A stretch of DNA of 64,000 nt from positions 1,893,335-1,957,334 of the forward strand of contig LSRY02000009.1 of assembly GCA_001643675.2 (NCBI GenBank). Reading direction: 5' to 3'. Positions 1-12,537 of the stretch are shown here, piece by piece; position 1 is the first letter of the stretch; each line of letters begins with the position of its first letter. The notes beneath the pieces are model-generated. The model was not told the DNA's origin and searched no databases. It was given only the letters and a program-made list of their open reading frames with translations. A program made the position numbers and the translations under genes. This DNA is from Monocercomonoides exilis PA203. Taxonomy: Eukaryota > Protista > Preaxostyla.

Positions 1-848
1 AGCTTTTCTTTTGCCTTATATTCCTAAATTCTATATAATTTTGTGCAGATTTTGTTCTTCACAGAATTCCATCCATAAATCTTCGTTCAATAAAACATCA
101 GTCGAATTTGTTTTCATCTCCTGTTCCAAATAAAAATCATGTATCTTGCGTAACTTCATTTATTTCCCAATGCCTATATGATAATCAGCTCCATTCTCAT
201 CGTAATGCTCCACAAAGCGGAGATTGGCCATTTCAACAATAACTCATATTCCTGCATTTTGGAGAGGATATAGATGGAAATATTTTCACAATCAACAGAA
301 CTATAAAAAATACATACAATATCATTTTTGTGTAATTGATGAAATTGTTGTATTCCCCTTGGCCATCCAATTACCAATAATCATCAGGCAGAATTTCAAA
401 AATATTGCATCTCCATCATTTCTTGTTATCTCCACAGGAAATAATATTCCTTGTTCTACAGGTGATGTTCACTCACGGATTTCTCATTCTGTGAATGGAT
501 AATTCCGTTTTTTCAAATCTGATGATCATTGAATCCATTACAAAAAAGACTCAAGTTACAAACCGTTGTTTTTCTTCCTGGATGCAAACCAAATTATACC
601 GACAGTAAATAGGATGACGCGAGCACAGCTATTTTTGTGACTGCACAACATTGTATTTATTTGCCTGTTTCTTGTCTTCCGGCATGGGCTCATTCAATAT
701 GAATGATAAAAATCACTTTGTTTTCTGGATGCACTCATTTGAAAAAAGATACAGGAGACTAATTACACAAAACATTTTGCTGGTTTGCATTCATTAATTT
801 AATGAGTTCTTGTTTATTGAATTTTTTCTTTGATTTTCTTTTGAAGAA

Positions 849-2010
849 TTGTTAAATGAGCTCGAAAATTGCACCGAAATTGAACAGAGAAAGAAAATCG
901 GAGAAATGAATGAATTTATGGATGAAATGGATAAGTGTGAATTCAGATCTGTTATCACAGAGCAGATGTTCAATAAAATTCACCAAATGATTGAAGAAAA
1001 GACATTGTCGTTGGAAAGTGCAATTGTTCTGACGAAACACATTGGATGTTGCAAAGTGATGAAAAATATATGGAACCTATACTTTGATTCGTCTTCGCTG
1101 AGAGGAAGATTCGAACAGATGATAATCGAAGAAGAAAAGAAAATAGAAGAAAAGAACAAAAAGCTTTTTACTGATCTTTGCGAATGCAGTTTTTATTTGA
1201 GAGATGACTTCTCGTTTAAAATGATTTCAATTGGCGTGCCTTGCATTCTGAAAGCTGCATTGAACAAGGATGAAAGCGAGGAGATTAAAAAGGAAGTGGA
1301 AATGGCTTTGCTGACTTTGAGCAATATTTTATTTGATGTATGTTTATTTTTATTTCATTTTTGATGTTATTGATTTTTTCCGATTTTTATTAGGAAGTGC
1401 CAAAAGAACTGTATTTGAATGAAATCAAAGAGATAATCCAATATCATCAAGAGCATCACAACCTCACTCGACTTGCCTATCAGTCTGCTTGGCTGTTTTT
1501 GATTTACAGATTGGACAATGATAAAAGCTTGAATGAAGTGATTGTGAATGAACTGCATTTTGGAAGAGAGTCAACAAAAGAACTGGAAGTGCTAACAAGA
1601 AATGTGGATTGGAAGAGAAAGAAAGAAGAGGAAAGAAGAGGAAAAGAAATGAAAGAAGTGTATATTATCGGGAGATGGCTCAACGAGGTTAATGATTTCT
1701 TTGATTCAAGCAAATTGCAGAACTACGAACTTATTGGTCTTCTTTCAAGTATTGTTCGGGTATTTCGAGCATCAAAAGATCTCATAGAAATTAGGAAGAA
1801 ATGCATTTTGATCTTTAAGAAAATATCAGAAAATAGAAATGTGAAAGATGAAGAAGAAGAAAGAAAGAGCTGAAAAGGAAAGTGCTTGAAAAGATGGAAA
1901 AAGAAGGATACGAAGATAACATCATCAGGTTGTGTAATTGTATTTGTGAAGATTTTTATTTCTATTTTCATTTGATTCGGAATTATACAGATTATTTTGT
2001 ATATTTATAA
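849..2010 (+). pseudogene. Member of a lineage-expanded helical hypothetical protein family (Monocercomonoides-type 'QEHHNLT..AYQSAW / EGYED' family), degenerate 3' end
   Basis: ORFs 849-1364 and 1397-1873 are separated by a short GT-AG intron (~1338-1396). Motifs KEVEMALLTLSNI, QEHHNLTRLAYQSAW and NELHF are shared with the copies at 2434-3909 and ~17900-19000. The C-terminal KMEKEGYED lies in another frame after ~1860. The true 5' end is uncertain. Confidence 0.7.
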
Positions 2011-2433
2011 TTTATCTCCATTCACGTTTACTTCACCTTTTTGCATTTCTTTTTTCAACTTTTTGTGCAGAAATCTCGTTTGTCCTGGAAATAAAGGATT
2101 CTAATATGCAAAATTAGATGAAAGTGTTTTTTCAAAGAATATCAAGACTTTTCAAGAAAAATGAACATTTGTTTTAAAGAAAATAATTGAAAATAAGAGA
2201 TTTAAAAAATCAACAGGAAAAAAATAAAATTTTTAGGAATTTTCTATTTGCGTCAAAAAAAAAAAAAAATAAAAATAAAAAAAATAAAAAAAAAAAAACT
2301 TTTTCAATTACAAATATCTCTGCTTTCAAATCTGAAATTGTCATTTCGAAATAATGGAGGATTGGGAAAACAGGTTAGTTATTTCACAGCTCTACTGATT
2401 TTTGAGTTTTAAAGTGAAATGCATTTCAATTTC

Positions 2434-3909
2434 TCAGATATTCAAAAAATAATCTGTAATATTTTTTGATATATTTCGAAAATATTTGCAAAAAATTGAA
2501 ATGAATTCATAATGGCTCGCAATGGTATCTTCATATCCTTCTCCTTCCATCTTATCAAATATCTTTCTTTTCATTTCTTTTCTTTTTTTCCTTTCGGTGT
2601 CGTTAACCTCCTTTTTTTTCAATCTTCTTGAAATACTCAAAAAGAAATAATAACAATTCCTTGTCAAATGATTATTAGTTGTTGGCTGCTGAATCTTCTC
2701 CAAAACAGCACCAATAGCCCCGTTTTTCAACAAACCAACAAATTTCACTGTTTTGTTTTTCGCTGCTTCTCTTAACGAATAAAGACATGGCAATTGAATT
2801 TCTATAAAATTATCTCTTGTTGCTCGAAGCACTTTCACAATGCCATCAATAAGCTTAATTAATTCTTCATTCCATGATCTGCATGACTGAAAAAAATGAT
2901 AAAATACATGGATCCATCTCCTGATTATTATCACTTCTGCTTTTCCATTCTCTTCATTTTTTCTTTTCCAATCCACACACTTTGAAAGCTCTTCCAGCTC
3001 TCTTGATGCCTCTCTTCGAAAATGCAGTTCATTCACAATCACTTCATTCAAGCTTTTATCATTGACCAATCTGAAAATCAAAAAACCCCAAGCAGACTGA
3101 TATGCAAGTTGTGTCAGATTTCTGTGTTCTTGATGATATTCGATTATCTCTTTGATCTCATTCAAATACAATTTTTGTTGAATTTTCTTTAAAAAAAAGA
3201 AAAGAAAAATATCAATAAATGAAGCAAAAACAACTCAATAAATTAATCAATTAACAAATCACACTTTCCACTTGGAAATATTACTCAATGCCAAAAGTGC
3301 CTTTTTCACTTCCTTTTGGGCTTCATCACTTTCTTCTTTATTCGATGCAACTTTCAGAAGGCAGGGCACACAAACCTAAAGCAAATGAGATGTGAAGTTA
3401 CCGCTCAGAGAAAGATAGCATTCGCAAAGATCAACAATAAGCTTATCATCCTTTTCTTCTTTTTTCTTTTCTTCCTCAAAAATCATCTTCTCAAATCTTC
3501 TTCTCATTTCAGAATCATTAAAGCCAAGACTCCACACGTTTTTCAGCGCTTTGCAATATCCAGCATGCTTCAGCAGCAAAATTGCATTTTCCATTGACAT
3601 TTTCTTTTCTTTAACCATTGTGTGAATTTCATCAAACAGTTCTGCCTTGAAAACGGATTTCCATTCTACTTTATTCATTCCATCAATTATTTCATTCATT
3701 TCTTCGATTTTATGTTTCTGCTCACTTTCATTGTAATGCTCCAACTGATCAAACAATTCTTCAATAAATTTATTTATGATGGAAAGCGCTGAACACTTTA
3801 ATAACAGAAAAATGAACAAACTTGAAAATTTATCTTCAAGAGATGGTCCTTGAACATTGCCATTGGATTTGTCTTCATCACACATTTCCATTCTGTCTAT
3901 TATTAGCAA
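2434..3909 (-). pseudogene. Second member of the same helical protein family, convergent with the first
   Basis: ORFs 3376-3909 and 2434-3171 are homologous to the 849-2010 copy (QEHRNLTQLAYQSAW, EVIVNELHF, KMEGEGYED). Short intron-like gaps are present and there is an apparent frameshift near 3380. Confidence 0.7.
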
Positions 3910-4109
3910 AGATCAATTTACAGCAAAATATCAAATGAAAAACAGAAAAACAAACAGAAAAACAAACATAGTTGATAATTGACAATTCGCAATAGAGCGA
4001 ATCTACGAACGCAAGGAGCAGGTTTACTCCTCAATAATGAGTTTTGATCTTAAAGCATGGGTGGTTTAAGATCAAACTTCGCTAACAAATAAACCTTTCT
4101 TACACACCT

Positions 4110-5859
4110 TTGTCCGCAGTAATAATGACACAAGATCCTGTTAGTATGAAGAACAGTGACAGCGAGGACAGAGTATTTGATCTTGCAATTAGACTTTCAA
4201 GAGTAGAAAATTTGATTGAGGAAATGGCGAGAAGCCGAGCAGTTCCGAGCCGCTCGGGAACAGTAGGAATATTACCAATGAGAAAGACGAAGAGAGAACG
4301 ACCAAGAGGAAGATCTCTATCGAGATCGAGTGAATCGGAGTCGGTATCAGATTTTACTGATACGATCACGAAGAGGAAGCAGCGAAAACGATTGATGGGT
4401 AGTCGCGCACGGAAGTTGATGAGGAGATGGGACGAAGAAGGAAGCAGTGAGAGCGACTCCGGGAGTACAGAGAAGCGGGAAGAAGAGAAAGATAGATCCG
4501 AAGATTTCTTGGGAATTTTCCCAGACGAATGGTTGACACCCAGGAGACAGGCAGGGGAAATGAAAAGATTCATGGACTTTTGCAAGGCCGGATCAATCAG
4601 AATAAATGACGACATCCTGAACACTTTCATCCCGGAGACGGAGAAGAACTTTTTCACCATATACACTGATGCTAGCTGGAACGCCTTAGCAGTGACGGGT
4701 GTCACTGCTGAGGGAAGAAAAGATTCTCCAGAAGCCGCCCGGGTTATCGAGCTGCTTCAGCCCGCCCTGGAATCGGGGTTTGAAGCCGCCAAGGCGATTG
4801 CAGCCCTTACTACAAGAGAATTGAAAAGGACGCACTTAGAGGAAGAAGAGAAAGAGCGACTGAGGGGGCTCTTCTGCGCGTACGCCCTAATAGCAGACTG
4901 TATTAGCCGCATAAACTTGCTGAAAGTTATCCCCCAGTCAAGCTGGGAGAATGTGAAGTGTTTTCTGGACGGGGGGATGTCCAAGGACATCCCAGAGAGT
5001 TTTAGGAGATTAGTGGATAGCACCAGCTTTTTCGTCCAGGGGGGGGGGGGGGGGGGGGGTGGGGGGAGGATGCTCCAGGGTACGGAGCATCCCCCGTTTC
5101 TCCCACAACCTTCGACCTCGCCCCAGTCAGGGGCGTGCGCCCAGGAAAGTACAGCACAGGCAGAAACGCTCAAGGCTTTGCCTACAGACAATTCCAAAAG
5201 CAGGGTTTCGATGGGAGCTTCACAAATTTCAAACAAAGAAGGAGGTCAACACAAGCTCGACCACAACAGGCCCCAGCACCAGCCGGGAGAACGCCCTCGT
5301 TCACAGTCCCCCTTCCCCCAGCTCCCCCGAGGATATAAGGAGAATCAGCAGCAGGAACAGCTACTGGAACGAGCCAGTGGGCGTAGAGATAACTGCGCTA
5401 TGCTGCGAGACAGAGAGAGAAGAGAGAGCCGCGCTTTGCCGCGAGACAGGGACGGACATGATGCTGTCAGAGCTCAAGGGAATGACAGTACTACGGGAGG
5501 TCCCAGTCAATCGACAGACAATCACAGGGGAGGAACCCGTGGAAGTCTGCGAGAGCAACGAAGAGGCACTGAGCCCTTCCGACCAAAAAGAAGAGGATAG
5601 AGATAGAAAGCTCGAGAGATCACGAGATGGGAACAGGGAGAGAGAACACAGAGGAAGACTCCGTATATCCCCACGGTACAGAACAGATGAACGATCAGGA
5701 ACCCGAGAGGGAGGTAGTGAAGAGAGTCTTGAGAGCTTCTGGGACTGTAATCGAGTCCCCAATTGGGAGCGCCCTGGAGGGGAGCTGGAAGATAGCTACT
5801 GCAGATACTCTCGAAGGGAAAGAGACCGCACAGATTCAGAATGGTCAAAAGAAGCCTGA
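4110..5859 (+). CDS. DIRS ORF1 (gag-like), frame changes at the poly-G tract 5039-5067
   Basis: Long ORF 4110-5600 and overlapping ORF 5059-5859 lie directly upstream of the RT. Assignment is by position, not by motif. Confidence 0.6.
5039..5067 (+). repeat. Poly-G tract (G21-T-G6), G-quadruplex-prone
   Basis: Read directly from the sequence. Confidence 0.9.
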
Positions 5860-7822
5860 AGTGGGGAGTTGCGCAGCACTTGGACCACCGAAGGAACCAC
5901 TTCCTGGGAGACTGGTGAACAGACTGAGCGAGTGGAAGAAGATTGGGGGAGACAAACTAGTGAGACGTGGTTTAAAAGCCCGATGGAAAAATCCCCAATC
6001 CCCAATCTCACTCGAGGAGAGAAAACACAGACAAGAGTTTCGGGGAACAACAGAGATGACGAACAATTATTTATCCCTCTTGGAGGAGGAATTGAAGGAA
6101 GGAGTGGTGAAGCCCATACAGGAGTCGGAGGTGAAGTGGTTCAACCCGACATTCATTGTGATAAAGAAGAACGGGAAGTGGAGAAAGATCTTGGACTGCA
6201 GAGCTCCAAACGAGGAAGTGCTTGGAAAACACTGAAAGATGGATTACCAGGAGACAGTGGTGGAACTCCTGCAGGAGAACGATTGGATGACTACGCTCGA
6301 CATATCGAGTGCTTATCAACATGTCAAAGTGGACGAGCAGTTCAGTCCCTATCTGTGCTTCAGCTTTCAAAATCAATGTTACACTTACGTGGGGATGCCA
6401 TTTGGAGCAAAGGACGTGCCCAGAGTATTCACAAAGATAATGAGACGGGCAGCGTCATATATCAGAGAACATTGGATGGTAAAGCTGGTGATATATCTGG
6501 ACGACATCCTCCTCATGCACCCAGACAGGGATGCATTGAGATCGATCTCATATGTGATTGCTCAGTTGAAGAGAAATTTAAGTTGGATACTGCCGGAGAA
6601 GCTGAAACTGGAACCCGCAAGGAGCGTGGAGTTTTTGGGATGGAGTTGGAATTCAGAGAAGATGGAAGTGACGCTCCAAGAGAGGAAGAGAGTGCTGCTC
6701 CTGGAGGATGTGTGAAAATGGATAGCACATGCAAAGAAAAGGAGGAAGCAAAAGACGAGGGGTTTAACAGCACTCCTCGGGAGGTTGAATTTTGTGAGAC
6801 TACAACACCCACCAGCGAGTTTGTAGATGAAACGCATGCAATACGTACTGAGGCATGCAATAGCCCGCGGAGGCTGGAACGGGACGGTGATACCCAACCC
6901 AATGATGTTAGGAGAATTAACACATTGGAGGAAAACCCTGCGAGAGAACAGACCAAGGAGTCTGAGGAGAAGGAACAGACCAGCAGAGTTAATAACAGAC
7001 GCTTCAGAGCTGGGATGGGGTGCAGTACTAACAATACCATCAGTGAACAAAGAGGAGAAGATATATGTCCACGGGAGTTGGACCCTCCAGGAGAGAGCGT
7101 TAGCGATAAACGAGAAGGAGTCCAGAGCAGTGTTGAGGACCTTAGAAAGGAAAGGAGCATGGCTGAAAGAACAGAAGATAGACCATATCTGTCTGATGAC
7201 AGACAACATGTCCACGAGATGGACAATCCAGAAGAAGAGAGGAGTGCCATCGCTCATTACAACACTGAGAGAATTAGAGAAGAAATTGAAGAGCCTGGAC
7301 ATAACAATACAGACGGAGCACCTCCCGGGAGAGCAGAACACGGAAGCAGATGCACTCAGCCGGATGGCGAGAAAGCCGGACTATGCACTGAGAGGGGAGA
7401 AAGTCGCAGAGATATTACAAACAATCGCACCGAGAATACTAGATACAACTTTAGAACAGATTGCGCCGGTGCCCTGCGGAAGTACTTGAAGACTATCCTC
7501 TCTGAGAGGGAAGAGAGAGAGAGAAACACCAGAAAACGATATAGTGCTAGTCCACCCGTTCCTGAGAAACATTGGACGAGTGATGAAAGAGAAGATGAAC
7601 GAAGCTCAGAGGGAACAAACGATTCTGATTCTACCAGCCTGGCGGGGGCAGACCTGGACCCCGCTACTGCAGCCTGGGCATTCGATAAAGACCCTGGGGA
7701 CCTTTCAGGAGTGCATGATACCGGGAGCGAAGATGAGAAGGGAAGGCTGGAAACTACCCCCAGGAGAGGTGATATCCGTCACACTGGAGAAGAGAATAAC
7801 CAAGGAAGAGACCTCTTCTTAA
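5627..7822 (+). pseudogene. DIRS reverse transcriptase - RNase H - methyltransferase-like polyprotein with premature stops
   Basis: RT motifs: FIVIKKNGKWRKILDCR, TLDISSAYQHV, MPFG, IYLDDILL, FLG. RNase H motifs: TDASELGWGA, INEKESRAV, TDN, HLPGEQNTEADALSR. MT-like remnant: HP...LILPAWRGQTW. In-frame stops at 6233, 6713 and 6824. Confidence 0.92.
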
Positions 7823-8720
7823 CATGGGGAGAATATGAAGGAGCTAAGGACATAGCGGCAGCAACACAAAAAAATCAGAAGTGCGAAAAAGATACGTGGA
7901 GAGCGTTGCGAAGATTCAAGCAATTTCTAGATAGAGAGAGCATGGATGACACTGACCCCCTCACAAACAAAGATGCAAAGTGGATTATGGAAGAATTTAT
8001 TTAAACTCTATTCAATACAAAACTTTCAAATGGAAAGATTAATTAAGCTGGATGAAGAGTTTTCAAGTCTATTAATCTTTTCAGAGATATTAGGACTAAG
8101 GGGTATGATATTGATTCATCTCTTTAAACTCATTTTAGAGATAAGCCAAGAAGTGGCAAGCAAAATAAATCGATGTGTTGTTAAAAATTATTGCAAAGGG
8201 GGAAGAAACCACATTCAACTCGATAGGCACACAAGCACTTTAGAGGAGAGCCCTCATACTCACAATAATTTTGTAACTTAAGAGCCAGCTGAGCTGGAGA
8301 GTTAGAGAAGTGAGTGTTATATATTAAAAAAGAATCCCGTATCTATTGAAGTGCAGATAAAGATAACAGAAAGGGAGACTATAAAAGTCGATATTAATTA
8401 ACATTTAAACATACTCATCGATGCAGAGAAAGAGATCCAACATTGGTTGGATTAATTCAGGACAACTTAAAAGGATAAACATGGATGGTTTGATATTAAA
8501 GAAAGGTTAGCCTTCAAATATGTAGAGAATAAAGGAAGAATTAGAAGCGATTCAAAGAGAGTATGAAATACACGATCCTTTGACCGTGCTCTCGATTAGA
8601 TATTAAGTAATAATACACATATCAAAAAGAAAAGGTACAGATTGGAAAGTGAGTTTTGCGCATGCAAGAGGGGAACAAGGATTAAGGGTGGCACAAAAAT
8701 TTTAACTTTTAACCTGCTCA
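5869..8720 (+). pseudogene. DIRS overlapping ORF leading into a degenerate tyrosine recombinase
   Basis: A 711-aa frame overlaps RT/RH and ends in a YR core-binding-like segment (DTWRALRRFKQFLD). Eroded RPAEL-like (~8280) and SIR-like (~8590) remnants follow. This overlap is typical of DIRS elements. Confidence 0.6.
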
Positions 8721-10569
8721 AGATATGAAATGGATCCTGTTGACGATCTACTTCCAGGAACCCCCTCATGGAGAAGAAAAAAAAAGTTGGAGATGGGAAG
8801 AGAAAGGAAGGATATGAGAGTCGAGAAAGCGGAAACATTAATGAAAGAATGCACAGTGAAATTATCGGAAGCTGGGGGAGAATTTGATATAAGAAGAGGA
8901 AAAAAGTTAAAGAGACAAGACTTCAAGCTTTGAGAAAAGAGAAAACAAAGAGAAATAGCTTTGTCACAGAACTCCTCATCCCGATCACCCTAGCGTCGGG
9001 GAACACCCCTCATAATTCCCAGCAGCGTAAGCGAGCTGACTGGAAGCAAACACACTGCCTCACAGAAAAAGTTGGGCATTGACCGGAGGAAGCGTGATGT
9101 GAGTTGTTTAGGACAGATGATAAAGAACTCAGAAAAATCGAATTACAGGTTAAGAAAACTTCAGAAGCACCTCTAAAAAGAAAGGGAGTGGAGCCAGGAG
9201 CTGCACCTTCATCCGCAGGCTCTCTACACATCCTCCGCACGATGACGTGCTAGGCAGGAGGGTTTAAGATCATTATAAATAAATAAATATAAAACAAAAT
9301 GAGAATAAATATATAAAAGGGCTTTCAAGACTCATTTTTGAGGAGCAAACTTGTCTCAATGCGTTTTATCAAAAGTTTGCAATAATCTGATAAGCATTTT
9401 TGTTCTTTTTTTTCATTTTTCAAAATAATAATGGAAACGGAATGATAATGAATAATCTGCCATGGGTCAAATTTTTGATCTGATGTCACTTTTCAAAAAA
9501 TTTGAGACATATATGAATATTATTTGTTAATATGGGTCTATATTATTCATATCGTAACTTTGTTCGAAGAAAGATCTTTTTTTAAGGAATTGTGGTATGA
9601 AAAGAAATAATCTCAAATACATATATATAAATAAATAGAAAAAGAATTGTGAAGGAATTATTGAATAATAAGTGAAATTGAGAAAAATTTGAAAATTCCA
9701 TTATTGCATTTAATTTTTGAGTTATTTCTTTTATTTGAATTATTTGGTATCACAGAACCCAACAAGTTTAATTATTGTTTGTAGATTATTTAAATTTGAG
9801 TATGATATAATAGCATAACTTTTTTTAGATGATCCGTATGAGCTATCATCAGAAAATAAATAATTGATTTATTTTTGATAATTTTAGAGAAATTGAAAGG
9901 TTTTTATTTTGGAAGCTGCGTTTTATTAGACTTTTTGAATGTTAAGAACGATTTATTTTAGATTTATTGCGTGTTAGATAATATTAAAAACGAAATGTTA
10001 TTATATACAAAGCAGTTGATAAAAAATCAAGAAAAAGAAGAAGAAGAAAGAGATAGAGAAGTTTTATAATTAAAATTATTATTATTATTGGAATTGATAG
10101 AAGAAAAAAGAGAAAAAAGAGATAATATTGATGACGACAACGACGACGAAAAAGAAGAAGAATTTGATGAAGAAAGAGAAGAAGAAGAAAAAGAAACAAT
10201 ATTTGTATTCCTTTGTTTCGTTCTTATCACTTCTATCAATCTAACATATCCATCAGATTCATAATGGATAATATTCTTCTTCTTCTCTTCTTTCTTCTCT
10301 TTTTTCTTCTCTTCCTTTTCATTCTCTCTCTATTTCTCTTTCTTTATCTTTCTCTTTATCTTTCTTTCCCTCCACCTCTCTCTCCCTCATCCTCTCTCTC
10401 TCTCTCTCTCCATGCTCAGCTCCTTATAAAACAATTTCTCTTCATCACTTCCAAATATTCATGCATTGCTTCGAAATGCATATCTGCTGAACAAAGTTTG
10501 ACATTCTAAATACGACTGCACTTCAAATAGCAATTGAACATCCAGAATCTGCCATCCTTCGTCTTCCAC

Positions 10570-10677
10570 TTCTCCTCCTCTTCCTCCTCCTCTTCCTCCT
10601 CCTCCTCCTCCTCTTCTTCTTCTTCTTCTTCTTCGTCTTCGTCTTCGTCTTCGTCTTCGTCTTCGCCTTCTTCCTCG
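10570..10677. repeat. Compound (CCT/TCT/TCG)n microsatellite
   Basis: Read directly from the sequence. Confidence 0.8.
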
Positions 10678-12537
10678 TTTATTTAAATGAATTTGGAAGT
10701 AAAAATTATTTTAACAGAAGCAGAACAGAAGTTTGGACTTTGATCAATATTTATTTCAGGAAGCAGAAAGAAAGCGAAGAAGGAGCAGATGGGCTTTGTT
10801 GACAGAACGGAAATATTTGGAGAAGATGAGGAAAGGAAGAGGGGAAGTTGTTTTTATATTTTTATATCAAACTTTGATGACTGTTAGGCCGCGCATCTCA
10901 TTCGCAGGACAAGTGTTGGAGGTGGGGGTGGAGGAAGACGAGAAGAAGGAACATCAGCGCTGGCACTTTGCATTGGAGGTGTGGGGATGGATTCGTGACC
11001 GGGATGGATCGAGATGCGGTGCTGACTATGAGAGGGTATCTTGCACCAGATACAGAAAAAGGATGGAGATATTTAACTTTGATTTAAAGAAAGATGTTTG
11101 GAGAAGAAGTAACAGGGAGTGAAGGGGAATAGATTTGGGCAAAGGGGTTTAGACATTTGGTGGAGTGGTATTGCTGTTGTTTTGAGGGGAAATGTGGAGA
11201 AGAAGAAATCTATACAGCGAAAAGGGATAGGAAGGGATTCTTCAGATGGAATCTTCTTCTTAACCAGTTTTTTATTGAATGGAGTTTTCGGAGTTGTTCG
11301 AGCGAAAGGCGGTCATGTGAAAGATATAGGTTTGTATATTTTTATTAATATTTTTTATCATATGTTATTTTTTATTTATGAAATTAGGAATTTTGCAAGA
11401 ATGTTCAACGACAATGAATGAACAAGGAATATGGAAAGAGGGGATATTGGATGCATTAAAAGAAATCAGGAAATAATAATTGGAGGGAAGCATTGAGGGA
11501 TGAGCTGGAGCAAAATATAAATGAAATGAATGGAAAAGAAGATGTTTTTATTTGAAGGTTTTGGAAGGTATATACGATGAATCTTGTTAAAAGTTAAAGG
11601 AGGGAATGGAAAAATGATGATACAGCAGAAGAAGAAATATGACAAAAATTCGAGAAGAAGAAAAGAAGCGGAAGTTGAAGCAGAAGATAGGGAAAAGAAA
11701 ATGAGATGAAGGAGGAAAAAAAGTTGGATTAGAAGAATGAATTTTTTTGAGTATTGGAAGAAGAGCTGAAAGAAGGGAATGAGATGGTAACACGAATAGA
11801 GGGAGTGCATGAAGAAGAAAAAAGAGAAAAGAGATTTTACTGAAAAATAGAGGAAAGTCACTTCAACAAAGAATTATTCAAAAAAGGAGATGGGAATATC
11901 CTTAATGAACACTTTCAAAAGGAACATCTTTATGGATGAAGATTGCAGTGTGTTTTGTTTTTGTTGAAAATGACGGAAGGGATGAGGAGAAAAGGAACGC
12001 AGTGATTCTTTGACTCAAGTGAGCGAGAGAAAAGGGAAACAAAGGTATGACATTTTTATTGGTGATATTATTTGACCTCTTTAAAAAATATGATTTATTG
12101 TTTTTTCTTTTCACTTATTTGAACAAAATTGTTTTTGCTGGTGCTTTCGTAAAACTTCAAGGGAGTGAAATTGCATCAAACGATTGAAAGTGAAGGAGAA
12201 TCAAATGGATCAGCCGGGGAAAGAGGTTTATAGGATCGCTATATATAAGAGGCATTGACAGAGAAAAGGAGCTTTTTCATAGTTTTTTAACAAGATTCCT
12301 TTTATAAGCAGCTGATAGAGAGGTGAAAAGGATTGTAAGATTTATAGGGTTATGAGAAATATTTTATTGAGAGGAATGGTGTAGACGAGGAGTGAGAGAG
12401 AAGGTGGAGGATGGGAAAGGGGAAGCGGAAGAGATGAAGGAGGAGAGAGAGGAGGAAAACGAGGAGGCGGAGGAAGAAGAGGTGGAGAAGAAAGAGAAGA
12501 AGGAAGCGAAGAAGAAAGTGAAGGAGCAGGGAGTGTA

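Larger units (their letters stand above)
4008..9365 (+). mobile_element. DIRS-type tyrosine-recombinase retrotransposon, decayed
   Basis: Order is gag-like ORF, RT, RNase H, methyltransferase-like remnant and overlapping YR frame. Imperfect inverted termini lie at 4008-4047 (AACGCAAGGAGCAGGTTTACTCCTCAATAATGAGTTTTGA) and 9325-9365. GGTTTAAGATCA is repeated at 4063 and 9261. Confidence 0.85.

Noticed and set aside
4100-7341. Long minus-strand ORFs over the DIRS element
   Set aside because: Antisense shadows of purine-rich coding sequence with no motifs.
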